64,000 bases of DNA from Octopus vulgaris (Eukaryota): the NCBI GenBank assembly GCA_951406725.2, contig OX597832.1, positions 66,278,001 through 66,342,000 of the forward strand, read 5' to 3'. A model generated the notes under the pieces. It was not told the origin of the DNA. It did no database searches and was given only the letters and a program-made list of their open reading frames with translations. The position numbers and the translations under genes were made by a program. The first letter of the stretch is position 1. Every line of letters starts with the position of its first letter. Positions 13,899 to 27,713 of this stretch are shown piece after piece.

Positions 13899-14960
13899 TT
13901 AAAATTAGCTGACTCCCTTGAAGATTTTATTCATAAATATAATTTGGAACACATTGACTTTTCATGGATTTGTAAAGGTGTGTAAACAATATCACGTGTC
14001 TAACATGTGTGTGTTTGTGTGTGTGTGTGGTTGTGTGTGTGTGTGTGTGTGTATGTGTGCTTGAATCAAATTATATTTAACATATTCTGATGTTTGTAAA
14101 TATTTTCCATAAATATTGCCATGGTACTTGCCTGCTCCAATTGTTTGAATAATCTGTATCGTGATGCTTAGCGTTAATTATTATGAGACTTCAGCTCTTG
14201 TCAAAAATAAAAGTTTTAACTTCATAAAAGACGGCAAAGAGGCAAGTAGCAAGAGAAAGAGAACGTCTGGCGAATTGGTAGCTACAATAGCAACTGAAAT
14301 GTGGAAGACATAAACCAGCCAGTGAGAAACAGACGAACACTGTCAACTTCAATTAAACTTTTATCTGTTTCATGGTGTCAGAATTTTCATGGCTCGAAAC
14401 TGCGACTTGTTCTCTGACTAAATACGAGTATTTTGTTGCATTTGAACATTCTCATTTGAATATTGTAAACAACAAGGCTTTTTAAATGTTTTTTTTTTTT
14501 AATATTTGACAAAGATAAAATTCTTTCGCCTGCTAAAAGTAAAAGAAAAAGAAAAAAATATATCGCTTAGGTTGTTTCTTTAGCTATTGTTCTTCTCTCT
14601 GTTGTCATAGGTCAGCCGTTTTGGTTCAGTGCCCACAACTGGTCAGTTATTAGCTGTCATTCGATATCCATTCCATCGCCATCACAGCTGCAACACTTAC
14701 TACGACTGCTGATGCCAACACCTCCACTACTATTACAAAAATAACAGCTACTACTACTACTACTACTACGCAAACATGCCTTGTCAAAGGAACCCCTCCT
14801 TGAAACCTTCAGTGCCCCGACTCACACAGTATTATTTGAAAATAGAGTAAAAGAGGCTTTCAGATTTCAGTTCGTGTGCGAACATCTCCATAATTTACAT
14901 ATAAATAAAATCACTCTCAGCAATTAATAATGTTCAGAGACTCATGTCACACGGACAACT

Positions 14961-15339
14961 TGCTTCAGTCTTTTGATTGCGGCCATGTGGGGCACCGCCT
15001 TTAAGTGTTTTAGTCGAAGAAATCGACCACAGGACTAATTTTTTTAAAACCAGGTATTTCTTTAACAGTTCTTTTGCCAAAACCCTAAGTTACGGGGCCG
15101 TAAACGCAACAATCCAGGTTGTGAAGTTGTGGTGGTGAACAAATATAGACACAAACACACACACATACAGATGTTTACGTATATATACGATGGACTTCTT
15201 TCGTTTTCCATTCACCGAATTCACTCACAAGGCTTTGGCCAGCCAAATGCTGTAGTATAACACAAAATCTTGCTGAAGATGCCACAGAGTGGGACTGTAC
15301 TTGGGACCAAGTGATTGGGAAGCAACATCTTACCACACA

Positions 15340-15343
<4 letters not shown>
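14961..15343 (-). mobile_element. SINE, same family as 13322-13730
   Basis: Shared blocks TAGTCGA..GACC.CAGGACT, TCACTCACAAGGCTTTGG and TACCACACAGCCA. Confidence 0.8.
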
Positions 15344-15409
<66 letters not shown>

Positions 15410-15600
15410 TGTGTGTGTGTATTTGTGTTTGTCTCCCCCCAATTGAGAACCGGTGTCGGTGTGTTAGCGTCATTGTAATTTAGCAGTTCAGCTAAATTAC
15501 CAACAGAATGTGTACCAGGCTTTAAACAGATAAGTACTAGGATCGCTTCATTCAACGGAATACTCTTCAAGGCGGAATGGCTGCAGTCTGGTGACTTAAA
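15410..15600 (+). mobile_element. 3' half of the same SINE family, in opposite orientation
   Basis: TGTGTTTGTCTCCCCC..GTACCAGGCTT..ATAAGTACTAGGATCG..AAGGCGG is the reverse complement of the family tail. Confidence 0.65.
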
Positions 15601-15918
15601 CTACAAAAAAATGATAATAAACGATAAAAGCAATCTATATGTATACACACACGCGCGCGCATATGCATATATTGTGAGCGTGTGACAGAGAGAAAGAAGG
15701 GGAGAGAGTGTTGCAGGGATGGAGAGATAGCAATTGCTTCTTATAATATATGATTTTAAACTCTCCATTTATGTATACTTGAACAGATTACATGGCCTCT
15801 CACCAGGACAACAATATATATGTAGCTATGAATGTACGGGTGTATGTATGCATGTATTCATGTATGTACGTATGTATGTATGTGCATATCTATATGTATT
15901 TATGCATTTATTACTATG

Positions 15919-15994
<76 letters not shown>

Positions 15995-16729
15995 CATACA
16001 TACATACACATACATAAACACATATACACATGTACATAAATACACAAACATATATGATGTGTGTGTGTGGTTGTGCGACTGCATTTTTTAATATATATAT
16101 ATATGTATATATATATATACAATATGAAATTCCACTGTGATAAATAATGTCAATTTGACTAAAATGTCTTACCGAGTTGATGAGTAGATGGAATTTCGTT
16201 AACATATTGAAAAATATCGTTATTTAGAAAAGGAATATTCTCATCGATAAGACTAACAGATATGGAAAGAAATAAAGTATTGCCTTTAGGAGGACCGTCT
16301 TAAAGAGAATTCCTGTTGGGTGTTCGTGGTTTCTACGGCGATATTTAAACTACGTTATTAAATTCGATTGAGAAATGCACGTATCTAGCAATTTCCCTTG
16401 AAGTGATGTTCTTATCATGCAAGTAAGAAGACCCTCATGCGATTGGCTAAGCCTGAGGCTGATCATGACAAATCAAATTCCGTGTTATTAACTTTTTACA
16501 CAATAGTTTGATTTAGTAGTTTAAAGAATTATCGAAGTGAAGGAAGTCATCATTCCATACAAGAACGAACGGTACTCAGACAACTTATCATACATCGTTA
16601 CAATCGTCTAAGTGTCATTACAAAATTACATTCAAAACACGTCCAAGTATATATGCATATAATTACACACACACGCCCCCACACACATCTACGCAATACA
16701 CACATCTATCTATCTATCTATCTATCTAA

Positions 16730-16801
<72 letters not shown>

Positions 16802-16964
16802 ATATCTGTCTATCTATATATATATTTATCTATCTATCTATATATATATATACTTGCATGTAAACATGCATATATATATACTTGCATGTAAACATGCACA
16901 TATATTTATGTACGTGTACATACATATATTTATGTATCCATACATATATACATATATATATATA

Positions 16965-17264
16965 TCAGGTGATCACGTGACCGACCAGACTATCAGATAT
17001 TGCTACACATCGCTGGTCACAATGCGTTCGCATCGTTTTAGCCTTCGAACGACGCCACCCCGCTGGCTAAGCGAGCAGGCCAACAGAAGAAAGAGTGAGA
17101 GAAAGTTGTGGTGAAAGAGTACAGCAGGGATCACCACCCCCTGCCGGAGCCTCGTGGAGCTTATAGGTGTTTTCGCTCAATAAACACACACAACGCCCGG
17201 TCTGGGAATCGAAACCTCCGACCGCGAGTCCGCTGCCCTAACCACTGGGCCATTGCACCTCCAC
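16965..17264 (-). mobile_element. tRNA-derived SINE with the same head and body as 8362-8750 but a different 3' tail
   Basis: The reverse complement matches 8362 to about 8545 (up to CTTTCTCTCACTCTT), then diverges completely. Inserted in a TA-rich repeat. Confidence 0.88.
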
Positions 17265-17302
17265 ATATATATATATATGCATATATGTACATATACATAT
17301 GC

Positions 17303-17334
<32 letters not shown>

Positions 17335-17544
17335 GCACACACATATATATATGTATATGTGTGTGTGTGAGTGCGTGTGTGTCAATATACATATTTATAT
17401 AGAATGGAAGATATTTTTCTCTCGAAGTCTTTTCTGCAGTGTTTGTCATTCCAGGTTCAAGTGATTCTACATAGTATATTTCATTCAATGCTACTTATAG
17501 CGCCTCTACTATAATGTAATTCTTTTAATCTCTCGCCGGTTTCA

Positions 17545-18100
17545 ATCAGAAGCTGGAGCCATGCTGGAGCACCGCTTTTCATTGTTTTTCCGGGATTCTT
17601 TTCTGTACAGTTTTTGTGAAGAAGTGAGTTGGGTTCAGTTGCTCTTCATTGTGCCTCCTGTTGCGACGCGGTTTCATCTGGTACTTCAGAGGGAAATTTT
17701 TCAGGTTACTTTTTCAATGGTTCCACAACTACACCCTGCAGATATACTGGGTTCCTTGGCAGGATGTTATACCGGTGTGGTCCCCTGAAACCTAAGCAGT
17801 TGCAATACTGCATTCTTATCTATGTAAAAGACAGGAACTTTGGTACTATACAGTGCCGTCCACTTCTGCGGTTGGTATAGGATTTTCTATATGTATATCA
17901 CTGCATACATTTCTCACCTGTTCTTCAGGTAGTAGAGTTTCAGTTTTTAAAGCCTATCCCAATAGCTCATCTGTTTCACCAAGTTAATCTTCCTTGTTTA
18001 GATTACCGGAGGTTCGCCGCCAATTTGGCACATAGTGACGACCACATTTAGGAGCAGTAATATGATAAGATGAACACCATTCCTCTATGCGATCGGCTTG
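17545..18100 (-). mobile_element. Older, diverged CR1-like LINE 3' fragment
   Basis: The minus strand reads across stops as KQMSYWDRL*KLKLYYL..GRHCIVPKF. 3' motif GCCATGCTGGAGCACCGC at 17558. Confidence 0.72.
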
Positions 18101-18225
18101 AAAAATTGTTAAGATAGTAAGATATTTTTCTTAACATAAAACCAATGATAGACTTAATACGCAAATAAAGTGTTATGGCCACCAATGCGGCGTTGAGCAC
18201 TCATTTTCTTTGTTTTACATTTATG

Positions 18226-18277
<52 letters not shown>

Positions 18278-18321
18278 TGTATGTATGTGTGTGTATGTAT
18301 GTATGTATGCATGTATATATG

Positions 18322-18377
<56 letters not shown>

Positions 18378-20109
18378 ATATACATACATAAACACACACA
18401 GAAATACATATATGCATACAAATCCACTCTTGCATACATACACATTTATAAATTCATATGAATATGTCTTTGTATATATGTGTGTATGCGTACCTTGCCT
18501 ACATCATAGAGCTAAGTTCGTTGTTGTGAGCATATAAAATCTTACACCTGCCATTCTGCTACCTAGAGATTTAAGAGAGCCTGTTTGTAGATGGATAACG
18601 ATGTAAATATATAGGAATTTGATTGCTACATTGACATATATTTACTCTTGCTGCTGTTTTACTGTTAATGAATCAAACACATTTTCACCCATTGAATTAA
18701 AGACGAAGTCTTTCGAGATGTCGTTCATCTATGAGATAGATTCTATATGGTCAATGTGGACAAGAGAGAGGCTATATACCGTATATTAAAGCCAGTACAT
18801 GTAAATTTTATTTCTTCATACATACTCATGTTAGTTATATACATGGGATATTTCTGAAACGAAATTTGCGGTTCAAGTAGTATTAAGTGGGGAATGAGGT
18901 GAACGGGAACACTTTCTTAACGAAAATAAAAAGCAAAAACACCCACGAGATCTGGTGATGACTCTGTCCTTATCGCGTAAAACCATCTCTTATCACCTTT
19001 TGAAAGATATTGGTAAGAGATGTGAAGAATACAGTGTCTTTTACTATGCTTATCATACCAAATAGCTCTCCGTCAGCTACATCAACGAATGTTTCAGTTC
19101 ATGCGATCAACGGAACACCCTCGTGTATATGGTGGTCATTACTGCATTGAGAAAGTATGTAGATTTCAAGTGAGGTTAATGCATTCGATGAAATTACAGA
19201 ATCGCATGAATACCTCTATAAACATAGCTGTTTGTAAGGTTTGTAATTTGAATATGTGAATCAACTTTCCTTAAAGATAACTCTTCCCAAGGTAGATAAT
19301 AGAGGCATGAGCAAAGACTGTGTGTATAATTTTCAAAAGAATCATTTGAACAGTAATAAGAAAACTCTCCAAATGCAAAGACGGGGAATATGTTATGTAT
19401 TTTGCATGGAAGTAGAGGATGTATTGCTCTTTCGTTTAATCTCTTTAGGTGAAATGAGCAAAGACGATGTTTCATGTTAAATACAATGAGCTATTGTGAA
19501 ACAATAAAACTTATTTCTAGGTGACAACCCAAAGTTAAGATTATGCCTAGGTGATGTTCTTAAGAAAACGTCATCGTTATGAAGCCAAAACTGTTCTCGA
19601 ATTCTCCTGTAAATATTTGCATGAACAGCATGCCGCATTAGTTGTTTGAAATTAACCTCAGAGCGGAGCAAGTTGTAGTGACTACATTGAAATCATAGCA
19701 ATTATCTTCTTCACGCTCGCTCCAATTCTATGATGAACATTTTAGATGTGTTTGTGTGTAACTATAGAGTAAAACATGTAACAGGTTTATCAATATAAAT
19801 GTGTTGAAAATAAGCGAGTTTCTGTTAAAGTCTTCCAAATAACTCACCCTCTCAAGTTAGCAATATTTCCTATGTTTACTATAGACAGGTTTTTCTCTCT
19901 TAAGTAAATAAATACATGTGTGTGTGTGTGTGTGTGCATGTGTGTGTACGCGCGCGTGTGTCCAGAGCAAAAATTTAGAAGCTAACGAATATGCACACAC
20001 ACACGCACACACACACACACACGGAGGCACACGCACGCACGCGCATGCACATAAACACATACACACACAAACACACTAACACATACACATTTATATGTAT
20101 TTGTGTGTC

Positions 20110-20159
<50 letters not shown>

Positions 20160-20160
20160 C

Positions 20161-20192
<32 letters not shown>

Positions 20193-20864
20193 GTAAAAAT
20201 ACACGAACACACACACACGCACACACTTATGTACATTCACGAGTTCTCGTAGAAACATTACTGAATATATCCATGATGAACAAAGAATATATACGCGCAT
20301 GTTCCACCATTTTACTACATATTTTGTAAACTGCATTAACTAATTTGAAGTACTGTTACACTTTTTTATTATAATAATTATATAATTCATTAAATATTTT
20401 ATTAAAAATCTTGTATTCCCACTATATATTTTATGATTTAATATATTCGGGAGGCAACGCGAAACGTTTTATTATTTGATTTATTATTATGACGTCTGGG
20501 AAAGTCTATGTATACAAAGATAAAACAACTAATGTGTAAGTACGTGTGAATGCGTTCGTGTGCATGTGGTAGTTAACGGGCGCCTGCCTATGAGCATGGT
20601 GCAGTCATGAATGAGACTGTTATGCGTACACAAACATAGACACATGGTCAAAAACATGCACGTACAATGCACACATATATATACATGCAATTCCTTGATG
20701 TCTTTAAAGAATATTTAAAAAATAAAATATAATTAACTGAGAAAAGTCTTAAAAAATTAATGACTATAATCTAAATATTATTAAACTGTCGGGACTTAAT
20801 TTTGTATAAAGATATGTGCATTTCACCTCGCCTTCCACTCTGTGTGGGTGTACGTGTGTGTGTG

Positions 20865-20908
<44 letters not shown>

Positions 20909-21284
20909 GAGAGAGAGAAATAGAGAGAGAGAGATGGAAGGCAGAAAGAGAAAGGGACCGAAAGAAAGACCATTTATCGTTTAGTTCTGCCTTTACTCCA
21001 ATTATTTTGATCAACGCGATGTTTGAAACTAGAACCACTTGTATTAGCTACCGGCGCCCCTGCATAGATGCAGCTGAAAGATTGAGACAAGTAAAGAAAC
21101 TCTGTTGCTGTATTTTGCTGAACAGCAATTATTTACATGAAGAGACATACGACCGAAAATTCAACAGCAAAAAGTGCGATACCATTTTTTTGAATTAAAA
21201 GTATAATTTTCTTTGTTTTCGACAGTGAAATGGATACATAAAAGTATTATGCATCTGCGAATTCACGTATTGATCCACAGACGA

Positions 21285-21580
21285 GGCCTTCTGGTAATGA
21301 TTTTTGCTTCCCAAACAACATGGTTCCGTGTTCAGTTCCACTGCACGTATTGGAACACAGAAACTGAAAGAAGCCACTCGTATAGATATATACATCGCGA
21401 AACCACGATGATATTTAGCTTATTGACTGATGAAGGAAACCAAGATTCGGTTAAGTGACCCATAGCTTAAGTATCAGGTGCTTAAAACACATAAATACTG
21501 GACTTGATTTATTTGACTAAAGATTATTTGAGGTGGTACCCTGGCATGGCCGCAGCTTAATAACTGATATTATTAAACGA
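21285..21580 (+). mobile_element. Decayed CORE-like SINE (head and tail, middle deleted)
   Basis: TTGCTTCCCAAACAACATGGTTCCGTGTTCAGTTCCACTGC..GAAACTGAAAGAAGCC, and tail GGTGGTACCCTGGCATGGCCGCAG. Confidence 0.65.
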
Positions 21581-22139
21581 TAAAGGATAAAGGATATCTA
21601 ATATACATTGTACTAGTTTCCTTATTTCTTCTTTCTTTCTTTCTTACTTCCATTCTTTCTTCATTTATTTCTCTCTCCCTCACTCTACACTTAAATACAT
21701 TCCTACGTACATGCATACATACAAAAACACACACACACGATCATGCACTTATACATATATCATTATGTACTAGACACGCACACAAGGGACATGCATAAAC
21801 AAACTGGCGATTGTGTGGGAGTGCCAGTCAGTGAGCAGTTCATTTGCATCTGGAGCTTCATTATCTTTCCTGAATAGATCCACATGTGTGCCTGCATGAG
21901 GTTTCAGAATTATGGTTCACACACACGAGGATACATGTCGGAAATAATCAATATATTTGATAGATTCTTCTAGGCAAAAACTTTAAAGAATGCTTTGAAT
22001 TTTTATACGCACACGCACACACGCACAAACTCATGCACGCGCACACACTCACTCACACACACACATACACAAGCACTACACACACACACATATATATATA
22101 CACACACTCATATATATATATATAGAAAGATAGATAGAC

Positions 22140-22195
<56 letters not shown>

Positions 22196-22326
22196 GGATG
22201 GATAGTTAGATGGATAGATATATAGTTGTGTAGATAGATGGGTAGATTGGTAGATATATTGATAGCATGAAAGATAGAAATATAGATAGATATATGCATA
22301 CATATACGTATATAAAAATATATATA

Positions 22327-22370
<44 letters not shown>

Positions 22371-23494
22371 TATTTATATACATATATATATACATGCATA
22401 TAAATTCGTATTTATTTTGTATGTGTATATACATATATACACACACATATATATGTATGTTTGTATGCGTCTATGTATATATGCGTGTATATTTTTGTTT
22501 AATTGTGTATAATCGATGTACATCTATAAGTTGTTTACTTCATAGCCATAAACATATATGATGACATAGGTAATACTTCAACAAATGTGTATCCACTAAC
22601 ATATATATATAAACTACAGCCAAAAGAAGTGTAAACTTGCATAAAGACACATATATATGTATATATATTAAGATATACATTATATTTGTGTGTGTTTGTC
22701 TGCATGTGTGTACGCATGTGTGTTTGTGTGTGTGTGTGTATATATAGCTAGAAGCATAACAAGATAAATATAGTCGTGGTGGATATAAATGCAGTTACAG
22801 AAAGACAATCGGATAACTACATAAATGGATGCGTCTATGGAAATACACATGCAGACACATAACGTTTATATGAGTGTGTGTGTGTGTATACATATTTAAA
22901 AATGCATATATACATATATATATACACACAGATATATAAACACATATTTATATATGCTTGTATATATATATATTGAGGACACCACGTCCAAATTCCTATA
23001 TCTTTGTAGTATAAACTCTGAACATGTATGCTACAAAAAATTATGCTACATTATTACCAACGTGTATTTGTTAAAGTTGTAACGTTTTTATGTTATTCAG
23101 AAAACCACAATGCCAGTTCGTGATAGTTCCATCCCATATTCTTTGTATTCCATCAATTGTGCCTTGAATATATTGCTTGAAAAATCCTTAGGGAGGAAGA
23201 AAATCACTTTCTCTTTTAGAAAATATTATCGATCCTGTATGAATCATTCTAAACTCCCTCAGGGCAATTAGTGCACGAAGTACTTACCTTACATATTTCT
23301 GGATAGGTGGAGCTACAAACATATTATTATCGACATTTTCAAATTTAAAGCTTTAAATAATATATATGTTTACTTACATACTTCATTTCCATAATTTGAA
23401 CAAAAATTTATCTCGCTGTAATGCATCTCTTCGTCTCTATGTGCGTGTGTGTATGTCTACAATTTCTTTTTTCGATGTATGTATATAGGAATAT

Positions 23495-23576
<82 letters not shown>

Positions 23577-23934
23577 CATATATAATTATAGAGTCAGTAT
23601 TTATTCCAAATGGCAATCTTTATATCTAACCAAATGCAGAAGCAGTGTTAGAGCGCCGAATTCTTCGATATTTACTCTGAGAGGAGTAAAGATCACAGAT
23701 GAAGACATACATTTATATCGTTATTTAATCTGCAAGGAGTAAAAGCACATATGAACCCATACATTTATATCGCTGGCAGATAAGACGCGTCTGCTACAGA
23801 GGCCTGATCCCGTGATTTCAGTATACCCCGACTGTTTAATGGCAGACATCCGGTAGTCGCATACGGTCAAATTTCACTGCCACTAGTATATAGAATATCA
23901 GTGAGCGTTCAGGAAAAAGCTGACAAATTCTGGT

Positions 23935-24115
23935 TTGTAACGTTTGGGACGTGGTTGATGAAGACACCAACCACTCTGCCTGTACCACCTAGGCAAAGAT
24001 GGTGTCCATGTTCAAAGTGATATTCGAAAATATTTCCAGAGACAGTGAGGAACACATAAGCACGGGTTCGTTTCGTGTGAAGGCCGTGGTAGGTGATGAG
24101 AGTTACTTCGATTTA
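23935..24115 (+). pseudogene. C-terminal remnant of a Tc1/mariner-superfamily (maT/DD37D-like) transposase
   Basis: Translates as NVWDVVDEDTNHSACTT*AKMVSMFKVIFENISRD..RVKAVVGDESYF, resembling the YVWG.VE.....C..F..RLEAVV..GGYFE C-terminus. Confidence 0.55.
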
Positions 24116-24166
24116 ACTGTTATCTCCAAGCCATAAGCTGGTTGATATTTTTGAAGTTTTAAAGTG

Positions 24167-24537
24167 CAGTAATACCTCGCATTACGAGTTTAATTCGTTC
24201 CATGATCGAACTCGTCTTCCGTTTTACTCGTTTTGCAAATCAATTCACCCCATATACAATTAATCCGTTCCAGCTCTCCCCCAAGCACTCAGTAATAATT
24301 TTTATGGGTTTTAAAACAATAAAGGGATAATTACAAATACTATGACGATTATGAAACAGAGAATGTAAAAGAAATATGTAATCTGGTTTTATTAACCGAA
24401 TTGCCTTAAAAATGGGACGATTTGTGTGCTCGTACTGCAGATTTCTGCTCGTAGTTCAAAACAAAAGTTCGCACGAGTTTCGGCTTGTACAGCAAATTAC
24501 TCGTATAAAGGGACACTCGTATTGCGAAGTTCTACTG
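24167..24537. mobile_element. Tigger/pogo-like MITE
   Basis: 22-bp imperfect TIRs (CAGTAATACCTCGCATTACGAG versus CAGTAGAACTTCGCAATACGAG on the minus strand); TA at the right flank and TG at the left; internal CTCGT repeats. Confidence 0.75.
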
Positions 24538-24629
24538 TACATATATTTTTGAATAGAATACTGTGTTTTCTTGTCCTTTTATGAAAACTTTTAAATTTAG
24601 CATGTATATTTACAAACATAGTTTGAGCG

Positions 24630-24800
24630 ACGGGTTGTGTCGATTACATCGAGTTCAGTGCTCAATCGGTACTATTTTATCAACACCGAAACGATGTAAA
24701 GGAAAAGTGATCGCAGTGAAATTTGTACTCAGAACATGAAGACGGACGAAATGCCGCTACCTATCCTACCCGGCACTGTAACTATCCCGCCAGTTCAAGC
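24630..24800 (-). mobile_element. Fragment of the second SINE family
   Basis: GTCGATTACATCGA..GGTACTATTTTATC..GAAATTTGTACTCAGAAC..GACGAAATGCCGCTA..CCGCCAGTTC. Confidence 0.65.
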
Positions 24801-25179
24801 CTAGCAATGTTTTGACACTACGTATAGTCTACTGCTTTTACTATCCATCAGAAATCGTAAAAACAATCTGCTAAATATATTACTTAATTTCACAAGGCAA
24901 TCGATGATAAATTATCAAACAGATTTGTACTTTTGTGCTTCCAATATATTTGTGTTGTTCTAATTTAAGTAAAAACGTGTAGGATGACATTCTGTGAGAA
25001 TCATTCTACTTCTCATATATGGTTATGCTTATTATGAACATTAAACAGAATTGCATCCAAAGGGCTGAGTTCTCTTTAGAACGCACAATATAATAGTAAA
25101 GTGCACTGACGATTCATTAACTTGCAGTTTTGATTTATTGTCTCAAATACGCCAATGTTCGTGTCAATCCATTACGAAT

Positions 25180-25467
25180 GTATTTCAGCCAAGCTATATT
25201 ATATCAGATCCTCTCAATCCATCCGCAATCCATAGCAATATAACAGTATTTAATCAGCCCAATTCACTAACACTCCATTACAATGATATTATATTTAGTC
25301 AAATTCTCTATAGTCTTCGACAATCCATTTATCAATAAATTACAACCATGACATATTAACTCAGATATTCTAAATCCATTCTCAATCCATACCAATATAG
25401 CTGTATTTAATCAGCTCAATTTACTACCAATCCATTGCAATCATATTATATTTAATCAGATTCTCTC
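25180..25467 (+). repeat. Degenerate tandem duplication, period about 155 bp
   Basis: CAATCCATA.CAATATA...GTATTTAATCAGC.CAATT.ACTA...TATTATATTTA.TCA.ATTCTCT occurs twice. Confidence 0.7.
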
Positions 25468-25744
25468 TGTCTCTGTGCGAGTGGAAGACTTTAGCACTGT
25501 TATACACCCGTATGATACTTCCTCTTCAAATTTTGCGCGGCTGCAGCTGTAACGCCGAGGGTCAGGCGTAATGGTGCTGGCCTAGGTTTTACCGTGTTCT
25601 AGCTATGCAAATTTATCTTAGGTACTTAGGACTCCATTATATATTGTGGCATTCAATAATCTTATTTCTGATGCCGCTAAGCGCCCTTTCATCTCTGATC
25701 AAACTGATATATGATGAATTATGTATGCTAAGAGGGTCATTTTA

Positions 25745-26032
25745 CGAATAAGACACACATGCACTGGTACCATTTCATTTCTTTTATTAACAGTAGTTAA
25801 TTAGCTGATAAACTAATCAACTGCGTCAATTTCAAAGACACATTTGCATCTCCCGTGAGTGCATGTCATTGATGAGGCCACGAATGGCGATGACAGGACT
25901 CAGACGAATGTGATTGGTTGCTTGACCAAACGAAAACCAAACACTCCATTAGTTAATTGGTTAACTATTTAACTAGTCGATTGCTAATAACGTAAGAAAT
26001 GAAATAGAACCAACGCGTGTGATTCTTATCGA
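25745..26032. repeat. Imperfect long inverted repeat enclosing a decayed hammerhead-like motif
   Basis: ATAAGA..CACACATGC..ATTTCATTTCTT on the left versus AAGAAATGAAAT..GCGTGTG..TCTTAT on the right. Confidence 0.7.
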
Positions 26033-27672
26033 CATAATGAAGCATCCAAGATAAGAGAAGCTATTTTTCAACGCACAATTTGATTGCAGGGATACTCAGC
26101 TTTTACGGATTTATGGACACAGAGCAAAAACACAATAACAATGAGAAAATATTCCAATTATCGTGATTCCGAATTTTAAGGAGTGTTCAGAACAACATCT
26201 TGTAATATAACCCTCATTGTTGTTGCTCGTGTTTTTACTGCATGTCCATAGGTCCTCAAAGGCTGAGTATTCCTACAATCAAATAGCGTGATTATCCCAT
26301 CTATATTTATATGGTTTATCCCAACCATATTTAACACTAATGTATTATATTTAATACCTAATGTATATTTCCACATTGTTTACTCCCAGGTCAAACGTAA
26401 TTGAATATACCTATAACTAAATGCGGTCCAGCTGTGTAAACGAAATAGTGTTCTGTATCTTAAACTTCATTACACGACCTCATATATTATTCCTTATTGT
26501 TTTTGAAGTAATTGTGGCTGTTGTTGTTTGTGATGTAGGGATTTTTATGGTGAGATGACAGCGAGAAATTATATTTTGGTTTGAGAAGAAAACGTCGAAT
26601 GGTCCATTACGATCTTTGTAGATATATATATAATTTAAGTATCCTTCAATGTGGCTATATTTGGTAAAGTTTAGACCCAGGACAAGCCAGACCCAAATAT
26701 TGCAGCCTCGCACAGTAATTTCAATCAGATTTCGCTAGTATTTCTAGAAGATCGAGTAACATGTTGAATAAAAAGTTTCTTTTACCGAACAGCAGATAAT
26801 TACTAGAAGATATTAGAATTATTATATGAAATTTCACAGCTTATTTGCATGGGTATGTTGGAAAGTGTCAGCTATCCACAGCCAGCAAATTACGGTGACA
26901 CTTGTTTACTGGTCATGCTTCAAGAACCCTGCAAAGAATTATTGCAGTTCCAAGCGATGTCGATTTTTTAGGTATTCTACCTTCACATTTGCACTGATCT
27001 TTTTCAGTCATGTTGGTAATTGAGTGCTAATACTTCCAAGTGCACCAATTACTATTGGTATCCCGTCTACTCTCTTCTTTGACTACAATCATCGTATTTC
27101 CCATTTCAAATCGTCATAGTTGTTTATTTTTATCTTCTTCTTTCACATTGATCTTGTTGACACCGGAACATGTTATCTCAATGATCACATATGTTCTTTC
27201 TCTTTTATTCACCACAATAACGTCCGTTTCCGATGTCTAGTCCGCTGATCGCAGTGAATCACTCCATCCATAAAATTATGAATATAAGAATATATTGTCA
27301 CGTGTTTTTTAATGAATCCCAAAGAATTTCAAGCAAAATTGGCATTGGTGGAATTTGGAGACAAACTATAAAGCGTTAATGCTAAAAACTGCAGAAATCT
27401 TAGTCGACACTCTTAATGATTACGCCAATCCACTCGGCAATAGTCGCTGCTATTTTGTAGTTGAAGGCAAGCCTGAAAATTGTGCTCCAATAAATCTCTG
27501 AAATCAATATTTCATTGGTAAATGTTAACTGTATTATGGAAGTTCTTCGTTAATAGGCTTTCAATTTGCAAAGAAAATCTTGACTATGCTATGGCGTCCG
27601 TATTCTGAATGCAAGAGGACTATACCTACATAAATCATGCATATATATACACACATGCATACACTCTCCCTC

Positions 27673-27713
<41 letters not shown>

